Notes under the pieces: generated by a model
Seen by the model: only the letters and a program-made list of their open reading frames with translations
What the model was told of the DNA's origin: nothing
The model's database searches: none
Made by a program: the position numbers and the translations under genes
Shown: positions 30,298 to 38,956 of the stretch, piece after piece
How the letters are laid out: every line of letters starts with the position of its first letter
How positions within the stretch are numbered: the stretch's first letter is position 1
Source of the DNA: Desulfobacterales bacterium
GTDB taxonomy: Bacteria > Desulfobacterota > Desulfobacteria > Desulfobacterales > UBA5852
Length of the DNA stretch: 47,554 nt
NCBI GenBank assembly: GCA_030066135.1
Contig: JASJCD010000006.1
Location: 1 to 47,554 of the forward strand
Direction of reading: 5' to 3'

Positions 30298-30450
30298 CCG
30301 GCGGCAATATATTGATATCAATTATCCGTTCAGCTATATGGTATGAATTTAACGATTTTTCCATGGCTACCGCGACCAGAACCATTCCTTGCAAGGATTC
30401 GCGTGATCGCATGACGGCAATATCTGCCCCGTCCGGCAGGAATTGCCCTT

Positions 30451-30924
30451 TTATTGGCTATGGTTGTCAACTTTCAGGGCCAGGCGTCGCCCGTCCTTGT
30501 GGCGGTTCACCGCGGATTCATCGAGGTGTTTCTGCTCTTGGGTCTGCGCCTGGTGCGCCGCTTCTTGCATCTGGCGGTCCTTGAGCTTTTCGATCATTTT
30601 GCGGTTTTTAAGCGCCACCAGCAGTTGCGTGCGTTTTTCCTCTTTCTCGGTCGCCAGCGCTTCCACCAGAGCGTTTTGCGCAGCGATTTCCTTCTCCAGC
30701 CGTCCCAGGTAGCGATGATAGAGCAACAGTTCGCCGGTACCGGTCGCGGCCGCCATCTTGATTTTCAATTCCCGCCGGTATTGACGCCGGTTGCGTGTCA
30801 TGGCCTCCAGGGCACCACGCGCCCGATCCCATTTGCGACGCGACTCTGAAAAGACCTTCTGGGCGATCTCCTCCAGGTGTTTGCGATGTCGCAGGACGGA
30901 CTCCAGTTTAAAACGTTTGGCCAT
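30451..30924 (-). CDS. fliJ: Flagellar export chaperone/stalk protein FliJ
   Basis: 157-aa coiled-coil protein (FKLESVLRHRKHLEEIAQKVF...) downstream of fliI. Confidence 0.8.
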   Translation of the reverse strand: MAKRFKLESVLRHRKHLEEIAQKVFSESRRKWDRARGALEAMTRNRRQYRRELKIKMAAATGTGELLLYHRYLGRLEKEIAAQNALVEALATEKEEKRTQLLVALKNRKMIEKLKDRQMQEAAHQAQTQEQKHLDESAVNRHKDGRRLALKVDNHSQ

Positions 30925-30938
30925 TTCCTCCCCCCCCG

Positions 30939-32258
30939 TCAGGCCATCATCGTCGCAAGCTGGTTGAAGCTGTCTTCAAGGGTCAGCGTGTCGTCAATAT
31001 CCTGGCAAAGATATGCCCTGATGGGGCCGATCATTTTTATTGCATAGTCGATCTCCGGGTTGCTGCCTTGGGCATAGGCCCCGATATTGATGAGGTCTTC
31101 GGCTTTACTGTAAGTCGCCAGCACCGCCTTGAGTTTGCGCGCCAATTCAAGCTGCGGCGCACTGACGATATCGTCCATGACCCGGCTTATGCTGCGGGAA
31201 ACGTCGATGGCCGGATAATGCCCCTGCATCGCCAGTTCGCGGGTTAAAACGATATGCCCATCCAGAATGGAACGTATGGCGTCGGCAATCGGTTCATTGT
31301 TGTCGTCGCCTTCCACCAGCACCGTATAAAGTCCGGTGATCGATCCGCGTGTGGAAGAGGTGCCCGCCCTTTCGAGCAGTTTGGGCAGCAGCGTGAAGAC
31401 CGATGGTGTATAACCTTTGGTCGTCGGCGGCTCACCCAGAGCCAGACCGATCTCGCGCTGGGCCATGGCAAAACGGGTCACCGAGTCCATCATAAGATTG
31501 ACGCGCAGTCCCTGGTCACGGAAGTATTCCGCAATGGCCGTCGCCACGAAGGCGCCGCGCATGCGAATAAGGGGCAGGTGATCCGACGTCGCCACCACGA
31601 TGACCGACCGTGCCAGCCCATCGGGGCCCAGCTGTTTGTCGATGAATTCATTCAATTCACGCCCCCGCTCACCGATCAGGGCGATGACGTTCACATCCGC
31701 GCTGGTTTTCTTGGCAATCATCCCCAGCAAAACGCTTTTGCCGACCCCGGAACCGGCGAAAATCCCGACGCGCTGACCACATCCAACGGTCAGCAGGCCG
31801 TTGATGGACCGAACACCAAGATCGAGGGGCGCGCTGATGCGTTGGCGCTGGAGTGGATTAATCGGCGTGGCATAGATGGGGTAGGTGGTCTCGCCCGCAA
31901 GCGGCCCCAAACCGTCGATGGGATCCCCCAGGCCATCGATGATCCGGCCCAATAGATTGCGGCCCACCGGTATGTAGGCTTGTGGCTGTCTGGCGACGAC
32001 GCGGCTTCCGGGCCCTATCCCTCGGATTTCCTCCAGCGGCATCATCAGCACACGGTTGTCGCGAAATCCCATGACCTCGGCCGGAAATCGTTTGCGACCA
32101 TCCTTGGTGGCAATATCGCAGACGGTGCCCAGCCGACATTCCGGCCCGATGGATTCGACCACGAATCCCACCACCCGGCTAACCTTGCCGTAGGCCTGGA
32201 TTGGTTTGCAGTCTTGCAGACGTTTGTGGTAGCGCTCGAGGCAAATGGAAACTGTCAT
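30939..32258 (-). CDS. fliI: Flagellum-specific ATPase FliI
   Basis: Contains Walker A (GIFAGSGVGKSVLLGMI), Walker B (RVNLMMDSVTRFA) and GSITGLYTVLVEGDD. Confidence 0.95.
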   Translation of the reverse strand: MTVSICLERYHKRLQDCKPIQAYGKVSRVVGFVVESIGPECRLGTVCDIATKDGRKRFPAEVMGFRDNRVLMMPLEEIRGIGPGSRVVARQPQAYIPVGRNLLGRIIDGLGDPIDGLGPLAGETTYPIYATPINPLQRQRISAPLDLGVRSINGLLTVGCGQRVGIFAGSGVGKSVLLGMIAKKTSADVNVIALIGERGRELNEFIDKQLGPDGLARSVIVVATSDHLPLIRMRGAFVATAIAEYFRDQGLRVNLMMDSVTRFAMAQREIGLALGEPPTTKGYTPSVFTLLPKLLERAGTSSTRGSITGLYTVLVEGDDNNEPIADAIRSILDGHIVLTRELAMQGHYPAIDVSRSISRVMDDIVSAPQLELARKLKAVLATYSKAEDLINIGAYAQGSNPEIDYAIKMIGPIRAYLCQDIDDTLTLEDSFNQLATMMA

Positions 32259-32270
32259 TTTCTCCGCTTC

Positions 32271-33020
32271 TCAATCTTGCGAGGCGAGTCCCATCGTTTC
32301 GGAGCGAAAAGCCTCTTCGATGGCCCGGAACTGATTTTCAATACGGGCGTCGATTTCACCGTACTCCGTCTGCACCAGACAGCCGCCAGCCTCGATGCCC
32401 TCGTCTTCCTCGAATTGGATCCGTTCAGCCCTACCCTCCAGAATCGTTCGCCCCGGGGTGGATTGAATATGTCGGATGTCGGTGGGATTGAGGCGAATGG
32501 TTATTTTCTCGGGGTCTTCCACCTTTTGCACGGCGGCTTGAACAATATCGGCCACCAACTCCGGTGTTATTTCCAGCGCCTGCCCGACGATCTTGCGCCC
32601 CACGTGAAGCGCCAGATCGACCACTTCGCTTTCAATCTGCTGTTGGAGTTTCTGCCGTGTATCCGTGAGTTCCGCGATCACGTTTTCCAAAGCCGCCAAC
32701 AAGGGTGCGGTCTGCTGCGCGGCAAGGGCCTTGGCGTCCGCCTCCCCTTGCGCAAACCCCTCGGCGTAGGCTTTTTTGGCGGTGTCTTCCAGCTGTTGGC
32801 GATCATCTCCGCCGAATCCGGGTTCGCCTGCGGCATTGCCGACGCCGGGCTGAAGATGAACGCCTGGGTTCTGCCCGGGTACGGGTGCCGATGGCGCGAA
32901 GGCCCCGTTTTCCGAACGGGCCCGTTCCGTTTGCTCTCCCCGTGCGGGTATGTTCGGGAAATAATGCAGGCGAAACGTATTCGTCCGGCTGGCATTCGAA
33001 CTTTTGATGATTTTACGCAA
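32271..33020 (-). CDS. fliH: Flagellar assembly protein FliH
   Basis: Position between fliG and fliI. The C-terminal FliH domain is present (VVDLALHVGRKIVGQALE..., RLNPTDIRHI, GGCLVQTEYGEIDARIENQF). There is no in-frame ATG. The putative TTG start at 33020 overlaps the fliG end. Confidence 0.75.
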   Translation of the reverse strand: MRKIIKSSNASRTNTFRLHYFPNIPARGEQTERARSENGAFAPSAPVPGQNPGVHLQPGVGNAAGEPGFGGDDRQQLEDTAKKAYAEGFAQGEADAKALAAQQTAPLLAALENVIAELTDTRQKLQQQIESEVVDLALHVGRKIVGQALEITPELVADIVQAAVQKVEDPEKITIRLNPTDIRHIQSTPGRTILEGRAERIQFEEDEGIEAGGCLVQTEYGEIDARIENQFRAIEEAFRSETMGLASQD

Positions 33021-33990
33021 CGAGAGCTTCTCCCCGGCGTCCGCCGATAACGAGTTCGCCCTTGAATTCCATGTCCTGGATCAGCGCCGTTATCTTTTGC
33101 TGGGCGGCCGACACGTCGTTCATGCGCACCGGGCCCATATCCGCAATTTCTTCCTGCAGCATTTCGCCGGCTCTCTGGGACATATTGCGCAGCACTTTTT
33201 CCTTGACCTCGTCCGAGGCGGCCTTGAGCGCCACGGCCAGTTCGGAGGTTTCCACTTTGCGCAGCAGCTTCTGGAAACCCTTGTCGTCCACCAGGATAAT
33301 ATCCTCGAAGACAAACATTTTCTGCTTGATCTGGGCGGCCAGCTCGGGATCGTCTTCCTCGATTTCGCTCATGATCAGCTCACTCGACATTTCGTCCGCC
33401 AGGTTGAGAATTTCGGCCAGACGCTCGACACCGCCGGTTTCATGGGTCTGGGAATTTTCTTTGTTGCTTAGAATGTCTTCGATGACCTGGTTGATTTCAT
33501 CCACCATGCCGGAATTGACCTTGCCCAGTTGCGCGATCCGGACAGCAACCTCGGTTTTCAGGTCATCCGGTAAACGTGAGACCACTTCGCTGGCCACGTC
33601 CGTTTTAGCGTGGACGAGAATGATGGCGATGGTCTGCGGGTGTTCATCCGCAACCAGTTTGAAAAGGCGGTCGGGTTCAAGGGCGGCCACGGCTTTTAAA
33701 TTGGTGCCCTCCACGCTCGCGGTGTCTTTTTGACGCTCGCGCCCCGCCTTCGCAGATGGCGCTCCGGCTGCCGGCAGCGCGCGTTCCCGCTGGCTGCTCT
33801 GCTGTAGAAATTCCTGAGCGATTTTTTCAACCAGATCGGGTGAAATACTGCCAAGTTGCGCCATTTGGCCGGCCACCGCCTCCTTTTCGGCGGGTGTCAG
33901 CCCATCCATGACAACATTGCCGACTTCGGGCCCCAGCGATTTGACCAGTATGGCTATTTTCAGCGGTCCGGGTAGATCTTTGGCATCCAT
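33013..33990 (-). CDS. fliG: Flagellar motor switch protein FliG
   Basis: Contains KIAILVKSLGPE, EHPQTIAIILVH, MFVFEDIILVDDKGFQKLLR and LRNMSQRAGEMLQEEI. Confidence 0.95.
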   Translation of the reverse strand: MDAKDLPGPLKIAILVKSLGPEVGNVVMDGLTPAEKEAVAGQMAQLGSISPDLVEKIAQEFLQQSSQRERALPAAGAPSAKAGRERQKDTASVEGTNLKAVAALEPDRLFKLVADEHPQTIAIILVHAKTDVASEVVSRLPDDLKTEVAVRIAQLGKVNSGMVDEINQVIEDILSNKENSQTHETGGVERLAEILNLADEMSSELIMSEIEEDDPELAAQIKQKMFVFEDIILVDDKGFQKLLRKVETSELAVALKAASDEVKEKVLRNMSQRAGEMLQEEIADMGPVRMNDVSAAQQKITALIQDMEFKGELVIGGRRGEALVA

Positions 33991-34029
33991 TCTGCGTTCA
34001 ACTTTCCATCGTAATCGAAAAACCGGTCA

Positions 34030-35634
34030 TTATTGCCGAATCCAATCTTTCATGACGCCGACCGAATTCTGTCCGTCGGCAGCGATCATCTGACGGGCCT
34101 GGTCCATATAGGAAATCTGGCCGCCCTGGTATTCCCTCTCCAGCTCACCCACGGTTTTGGGCAGTTGGCGGATGATTTCACCGGAAGGGTTTTCAGCGGT
34201 AAGCCATTTGATGAGCGGTCGTACCAAAAAGAGAAAGCTCATGATGATAAACAGGCCGATCAGCAGGAAATCGAAGATGAATTTAAACCGTTTGACGCTC
34301 GTCATCCAACCGCCGGTTTGGGGCCCCTCGGCCTTGGCGTCGACCTTGGCGGTTTCAAAGGGGATGTTCTGGATCTCGACCGCATCGCCCCGATCGGCGC
34401 TGAAATTGATGGCCCGTTTGACGATGCGTTCAAACTGCTGCATCTCTTCGGCACTGCGGGCCGCGTACTGCCACTCGCTCGCGCCCTTTTTTTTCTTTTT
34501 GGTCGCCGGCGTGTAGGTGCCGTCCACGATCACCGCCGCTGACACCCGTTTCAGGGTGGCATAGGGCATCACTTTGCGGCTGACGACCTTACCGATTTCA
34601 TAGTTCTTGGTCTGGTCTTGCTTCTGGAAGACGGCGGCGCTGCGGTTGGTGTTTGTGGCCGGGCGTTCGATATCCGTACCGATGCTGCCCGGTTCGATAT
34701 TGGAACTGACACCCGGAACCCCCATGGGCAGACTGCCCTGGCCGCTGCTGGTTTCGTTGAATACCTGCTCACTGCGCACCACCTGGTTCTCGGGCAGGTA
34801 TTTTTCCTGGGTTTCTTCATGGCGCACAAAATCGAGATCACAGGAGACCCTGACGATCGCTTTGCTGGGGCCCAACACTTCTTCAAGCATTGTCTTGACA
34901 CGGTTTTCGAGCGTCGTCTCCATACGTCGCTGATACATGAACTGATCGGAGCTAAGGGCATTGGCCGATGAAGGATCATCCCTGCCCGCCAGAAGCTTGC
35001 CCCGGTTGTCGACCACCGTCACGTTCTCGGTTTCGAGGCCGGAGATACTGGAGGATACCAGATGGACAATCCCCTGGATTTGATTCTGGCTGAGTCTTCG
35101 CCCCGGTTTGAGTTTGAGGACCACCGAGGCGCTGGCCGGCCGCTCCTCCTCGACGAAGAGGGTCTGCTCGGGCATGACCAGGTGAAGACGCGAGTTTTCG
35201 ATTTCATCGATCTGGTTGATGGTACGCGACAACTCGCCCTGCAGCGCGCGCTGGTAGTTGACGTTCTGCATGAACTCGGTCATGCCCAGCTTGGCATTGT
35301 CGAACACTTCAAACCCGATGCCCGCTCCCTGCGGCAGTCCCTCGGAGGCCATGACCATGCGCAGTTCGTGAACTTTTTCTTCCGGGACCTGAATACAGGT
35401 GCCGTTGGCGGTAATGCGATAGGGAATTTTCTGACCCTTCAAGCGATCAACGATCAGCCCCGCGTCTTCCGCCGAAAGGTTTACGAACAGACTCTGATAA
35501 TCGGGCCGCCCGCTCCAGCTGATCAAATAGGCGAATCCACCAACCAGCAGTCCAACGACAACCAGAAGACTGATTTTCTTTGTGAGGGTCATTGCTCCGA
35601 GGGCTGCCCGGAACTGCCCGAAGGCCTTGTCCAT
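34030..35634 (-). CDS. fliF: Flagellar MS-ring protein FliF
   Basis: 534 aa. Contains an N-terminal TM segment, LFVNLSAEDAGLIVDRLKGQKIPY, FMQNVNYQRALQGELSRTI and a C-terminal TM segment. Confidence 0.95.
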   Translation of the reverse strand: MDKAFGQFRAALGAMTLTKKISLLVVVGLLVGGFAYLISWSGRPDYQSLFVNLSAEDAGLIVDRLKGQKIPYRITANGTCIQVPEEKVHELRMVMASEGLPQGAGIGFEVFDNAKLGMTEFMQNVNYQRALQGELSRTINQIDEIENSRLHLVMPEQTLFVEEERPASASVVLKLKPGRRLSQNQIQGIVHLVSSSISGLETENVTVVDNRGKLLAGRDDPSSANALSSDQFMYQRRMETTLENRVKTMLEEVLGPSKAIVRVSCDLDFVRHEETQEKYLPENQVVRSEQVFNETSSGQGSLPMGVPGVSSNIEPGSIGTDIERPATNTNRSAAVFQKQDQTKNYEIGKVVSRKVMPYATLKRVSAAVIVDGTYTPATKKKKKGASEWQYAARSAEEMQQFERIVKRAINFSADRGDAVEIQNIPFETAKVDAKAEGPQTGGWMTSVKRFKFIFDFLLIGLFIIMSFLFLVRPLIKWLTAENPSGEIIRQLPKTVGELEREYQGGQISYMDQARQMIAADGQNSVGVMKDWIRQ

Positions 35635-35735
35635 GATCTATCCTTTAATTAGGGGAACGCGAATCCAGCGGCGAATTCGCCGTCTCCAGGCGGCCGATGG
35701 CCACTGGATTTTGCCAGTACGATCCTCAATACCGC

Positions 35736-36038
35736 TCAGATCTGCATGCGCATAATGGTTTCATAGGCGCCGACAACCTTGTTGCGTACCTGCATCAGAA
35801 GCTGAAAACCGATGTCCGCCTTTTGGGTGGCAATCATGACGTTGTGGATATCCTGGCTTTTACCGGCGACCAGATCGGAAACGGCCTGATCAGCCGCCAC
35901 GTGCTTCTGCGTAACGTCTTCAAGGGCCTGTTCAAGGAGATTTCCAAAACCCGGAGCTGCATCCTTTGCGGGGTTGGAAGAACGCGTGGGCACCGGTTGA
36001 AGGCTGCCGGCTCCCTTGATGAAATCTATTTCCGCCAT
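35736..36038 (-). CDS. fliE: Flagellar hook-basal body complex protein FliE
   Basis: 100 aa. Contains FGNLLEQALEDVTQKHVAADQAVSDLVAGKSQDIHNVMIATQKADIGFQLLMQVRNKVV. Confidence 0.92.
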   Translation of the reverse strand: MAEIDFIKGAGSLQPVPTRSSNPAKDAAPGFGNLLEQALEDVTQKHVAADQAVSDLVAGKSQDIHNVMIATQKADIGFQLLMQVRNKVVGAYETIMRMQI

Positions 36039-36041
36039 GGC

Positions 36042-36479
36042 TTACCTTCCTATTTCCAGTGCTTTGTTCACCATGTTCTTAGTGGCTTTGATTGCGGCCA
36101 CATTGGCCTCGAAGCTGCGCGTGGCCGATATCATGTTCACCATTTCTTCGGACAGACTGATGTTGGGCAGGGCCACCCGGCCGTTTTCGTCGGCGTCGGG
36201 GTGATCCGGATCGTGCTTGTAAATCGGCTCGCGGTCGTCGTGTACAATATCGACCGCCTTTACCTCGACAAGTCCGCCATCCTGCTGCGCCTTGAGCATT
36301 TCATGAAAATTCTGCCCCTGGGGCTGCGCGGCGAAAACCGCTTCCTTGCGCCGATAAGGGCCGCCTTCCGGCGTGCGGGTGGTATAACGGTTGGCCAGGT
36401 TGCCGGAAATCAGCTTCATGCGAAGGCTCTGGGCCGTAAGGCCCGAGGCGCTGGCCCGAAGGGCATCAAGAAAACTCAT
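36042..36479 (-). CDS. flgC: Flagellar basal-body rod protein FlgC
   Basis: Contains ASASGLTAQSLRMKLISGNLANRYTTRTPEGGPYRRK and a C-terminal EEMVNMISATRSFEANV. Confidence 0.93.
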   Translation of the reverse strand: MSFLDALRASASGLTAQSLRMKLISGNLANRYTTRTPEGGPYRRKEAVFAAQPQGQNFHEMLKAQQDGGLVEVKAVDIVHDDREPIYKHDPDHPDADENGRVALPNISLSEEMVNMISATRSFEANVAAIKATKNMVNKALEIGR

Positions 36480-36481
36480 GA

Positions 36482-36898
36482 TCAGCTCCCTCCCTTGATA
36501 ACGCTTTTGAGAAGATTGAATTTGTTCGCCACCAGGCGGGTGGCGGTATTGTACATCAGGGTATTTTCTGCAAGGTTCGACATCTCCTGCTCAAGTTCGA
36601 CCGTGTTGCCGTCCCCGCGGATCGAGTAAGGGTTGTTCTCAACGCGTTCGACCTTCGTCGTTTCGACCCGGGTGCGCCCGGGAACGATGTGCCCCTGGCG
36701 GGTCGTTTTTATCGCCATCGGGCTTTCGCCGCCGGATTCACGGCCCATCTGCTCGTCCACGAGCATTTTAAAGGCTTTGTAGTTGGGTGTGTCGAGGTTG
36801 GCCAGGTTGGAGACGATCAACTTCTGGTTGCGGGACCGCAGGTCCAGCGACCGCTCCAGCATCGCCATTGTATTCCCAAAGATTCGATCCGGTTTCAT
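36482..36898 (-). CDS. flgB: Flagellar basal-body rod protein FlgB
   Basis: Contains LDLRSRNQKLIVSNLANLDTPNYK and a C-terminal EQEMSNLAENTLMYNTATRLV. The ATG overlaps the upstream stop as ATGA. Confidence 0.92.
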   Translation of the reverse strand: MKPDRIFGNTMAMLERSLDLRSRNQKLIVSNLANLDTPNYKAFKMLVDEQMGRESGGESPMAIKTTRQGHIVPGRTRVETTKVERVENNPYSIRGDGNTVELEQEMSNLAENTLMYNTATRLVANKFNLLKSVIKGGS

Positions 36899-38319
36899 GG
36901 TAGCGCTTCCCTTCTGACTTCATCCTGACAGGCTTTGTATTCATTGAGTTTATTGCGCAGGGTCCTGACGCTGATACCCAATAGTTCCGAGGCCTTGGCC
37001 CGATTCTGATTGACGGCCTGCATGGTCTTGCTGATCAGAATCTTTTCCATGCCCCGAACCGAAAGACCCGCGCGAATCACGGCGTCATCGTCCGCGGTTT
37101 GCAGGGTAAGGTTGCCGTCCGCAAGCAGGGCGTCATCCAATCGTGGCGCCGGGCTGAGGAGAACCGCCCGCTCGATGCGGTTTTCGAGTTCACGTACATT
37201 GCCCCGCCAGCTTTCGGCGCTCATCCTTTCCAGAATGTGCGCTTCGACGGCGTCAAACCGCTTCGCGTAAAGGGTTTCATATTTGGTGATGAAATGTCGG
37301 GCCAGGAGCGGAATATCATCCCGACGCGCACGCAGGGGCGGCAGATGAAAGGGAACCACATTGATGCGATAGTAGAGATCCTCGCGGAAACGCCCGGCTT
37401 TCACCGCTGCGGCCAGGTCCTGATTGGTTAAGGCAATGACCTGACCGTTAAAGCTTCGGTCGGCGGCCCCCCCCAGACGTTCGATGCGCCGCTCCTGAAG
37501 CACACGCAGAATTTTGGGTTGCAGTGCCAGCGGCATGTCACCGATTTCGTCCAGTATCAGGGTTCCCTCGCCAACCTGTTCAAATTTTCCGATCTTGCGT
37601 TGCGCGGCACCGGTAAAGGCGCCCTTTTCGTGCCCGAAAAGTTCGCTCTCGATCAGTGTTTCAGGCAGGGCCGCGCAGTTCACGGCCACCAGAGGACGAC
37701 CGGGACGGTCAGCGGCACGGTGAATGAATCGGGCCAGCACTTCCTTCCCGGTTCCGCTTTCACCGGTGATCAAAACCGTGGCTTGGGTGCCGGCCACATG
37801 TTTGGCCGCCTCGAGCAGCTGCATCATGGCGGGATTGCGCGTGATGAAATTCAGGCCGCCATCAATACCGTGATCCTCCTGCAGGCCGGCGGAGGGTGCA
37901 CGCCCGCGTTCTGCTTTCAAGTGACCGAGGCGGGCCGCAAGCTTTTCGGTATCCACCGGCCTGGCCATATAATCGGCTGCGCCCTTGTGGATGGCAGCGA
38001 CGGCCTCCTCGACGTTGGGCGATGAACTGACAACAATGACATCCGTATCCGGGGACTGGCGCTTGATCCGGTCCAAAACGGCAAGACCGTCGATATCCGA
38101 CAGTGCGCAATCCACAAGTGCCAGATCGAAGGCTTTATGTTCCAGGATGCTGACGGCCGCCTGGCCATTGGCGACCATTTGAACCGCGAAACCCGCCTGC
38201 TTGAGGACGGCCAGGGGTTTTTTCCCTGTGCCGTTCTCCGCTTCAACGATCAGTGCCGATTGCTGCTGGCAGTCGTTTCCAAGGATTCCGGTTCCCGTTC
38301 GTTGCGTGTCGCGTGCCAT
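36895..38319 (-). CDS. Sigma54-dependent transcriptional activator (NtrC/FleQ-FlrA-like) with an atypical receiver domain
   Basis: The AAA+ domain is present (ITGESGTGKEVLAR, the GAFTGA loop as ELFGHEKGAFTGA, and LILDEIGDM). The C-terminal Fis-type HTH is present (NRAKASELLGISVRTLRNKL). The N-terminal REC-like domain has VEAEN instead of DD, and ARP instead of KP. Confidence 0.88.
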   Translation of the reverse strand: MARDTQRTGTGILGNDCQQQSALIVEAENGTGKKPLAVLKQAGFAVQMVANGQAAVSILEHKAFDLALVDCALSDIDGLAVLDRIKRQSPDTDVIVVSSSPNVEEAVAAIHKGAADYMARPVDTEKLAARLGHLKAERGRAPSAGLQEDHGIDGGLNFITRNPAMMQLLEAAKHVAGTQATVLITGESGTGKEVLARFIHRAADRPGRPLVAVNCAALPETLIESELFGHEKGAFTGAAQRKIGKFEQVGEGTLILDEIGDMPLALQPKILRVLQERRIERLGGAADRSFNGQVIALTNQDLAAAVKAGRFREDLYYRINVVPFHLPPLRARRDDIPLLARHFITKYETLYAKRFDAVEAHILERMSAESWRGNVRELENRIERAVLLSPAPRLDDALLADGNLTLQTADDDAVIRAGLSVRGMEKILISKTMQAVNQNRAKASELLGISVRTLRNKLNEYKACQDEVRREALP

Positions 38320-38398
38320 GCCGAATTTTTTATCTATCTGTTTATATTATAATTTATATCTTTTAAGGCCGTGCCAAATGCATATCGCCAAGGATTTT

Positions 38399-38414
38399 TG
38401 CAATACGTATGCCA
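38399..38414 (-). promoter_or_regulatory. Sigma54 -24/-12 promoter for the activator-flgB-flgC-fliE-fliF... operon
   Basis: The minus strand reads TGGCATACGTATTGCA. It lies 80 nt upstream of the activator ATG. Confidence 0.7.
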
Positions 38415-38606
38415 GTACAATGGTTTCAACCCTCCCCGGATCCGCCTGTCCATCGGATCGCCACATTGGCCGGCACTTTTGCTAACATCCCTTCATCATT
38501 AAACTTTTTAATATTATCCGGATTCAATCGAATAGGGGGAATCAACCGGCGGAGCACAGGCCTCAGGAGGTTGTCATCGGACTTTGTCAATTTTCAAATC
38601 ATTGAC

Positions 38607-38620
38607 GTCATGACTTTGAC
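38607..38620. promoter_or_regulatory. GTCA-N6-TGAC palindrome upstream of the activator gene promoter
   Basis: GTCATGACTTTGAC, about 193 bp upstream of the promoter at 38399-38414. Extra TGTCA/TTGAC half-sites lie at 38585-38607. Confidence 0.4.
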
Positions 38621-38799
38621 ACGGCGTAACATTCGGCCGCATAACCGCGGTGAACCCGCAGGCGAACAAATTAAATCCATTCTTGGGGTTCCCTTTTGGC
38701 GGGGTCCCAATTTTAATTTAAAAATGGCCTATAGCCTACGCGGGCTTAAAACCGGCGGCCGCCGTCATGGCAACCAGAGGCCCTATCGGGTGATCGAAC

Positions 38800-38827
38800 T
38801 AAAGTGGTTCATCGGTCGGGGCGATAA
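38800..38827 (+). promoter_or_regulatory. Sigma28-like promoter upstream of the GGDEF gene
   Basis: TAAAGTGGTTCATCGGTCGGGGCGATAA, that is TAAA-N16-GGCGATAA. The -10 matches 7 of 8 positions, and the spacing equals that of the two perfect sigma28 promoters in this window. It lies 130 nt before the ATG. Confidence 0.45.
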
Positions 38828-38956
38828 AAATGCCAGCAAGGCAGGCGTGTTCTATCCGCGCGCCCATGGTTCCCGATTCAGATGCCTCCGGATCCATCGG
38901 GCGGCAATCAAGCGGTTTAACCATGGTTTTGACACAAGGCAGGAGTAAACTGGCGT

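Noticed and set aside
35665-35680. The GGCGAATTCGCC 12-bp palindrome between fliE and fliF.
   Set aside because: It is a loop-less palindrome containing an EcoRI site. It is too short and too isolated to support a terminator or operator call.
35688-35710. TGGCCACTGGATTTTGCC in the fliE-fliF gap, a sigma54-like sequence.
   Set aside because: It is on the plus strand, which is the wrong orientation for fliF. The GG-GC spacing is two nucleotides too long.
38467-38484. TTGGCCGGCACTTTTGCT, a plus-strand sigma54-like sequence.
   Set aside because: The GG-to-GC spacing is wrong in either register, and there is no downstream gene at a suitable distance.
38409-38948. A 179-aa plus-strand ORF filling the large intergenic region upstream of the GGDEF gene.
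   Set aside because: The translation is basic with odd composition. There is no SD and no motifs. The ORF spans promoter-like elements and inverted repeats, so it is more plausibly non-coding regulatory DNA.
38620-38956. A possible c-di-GMP (GEMM-type) riboswitch in the leader of the diguanylate cyclase gene.
   Set aside because: I looked for the conserved GGCAAAC and GACGCAAAGCC-type cores and did not find them. Only generic inverted repeats are present, so the region is kept as an unclassified structured leader.
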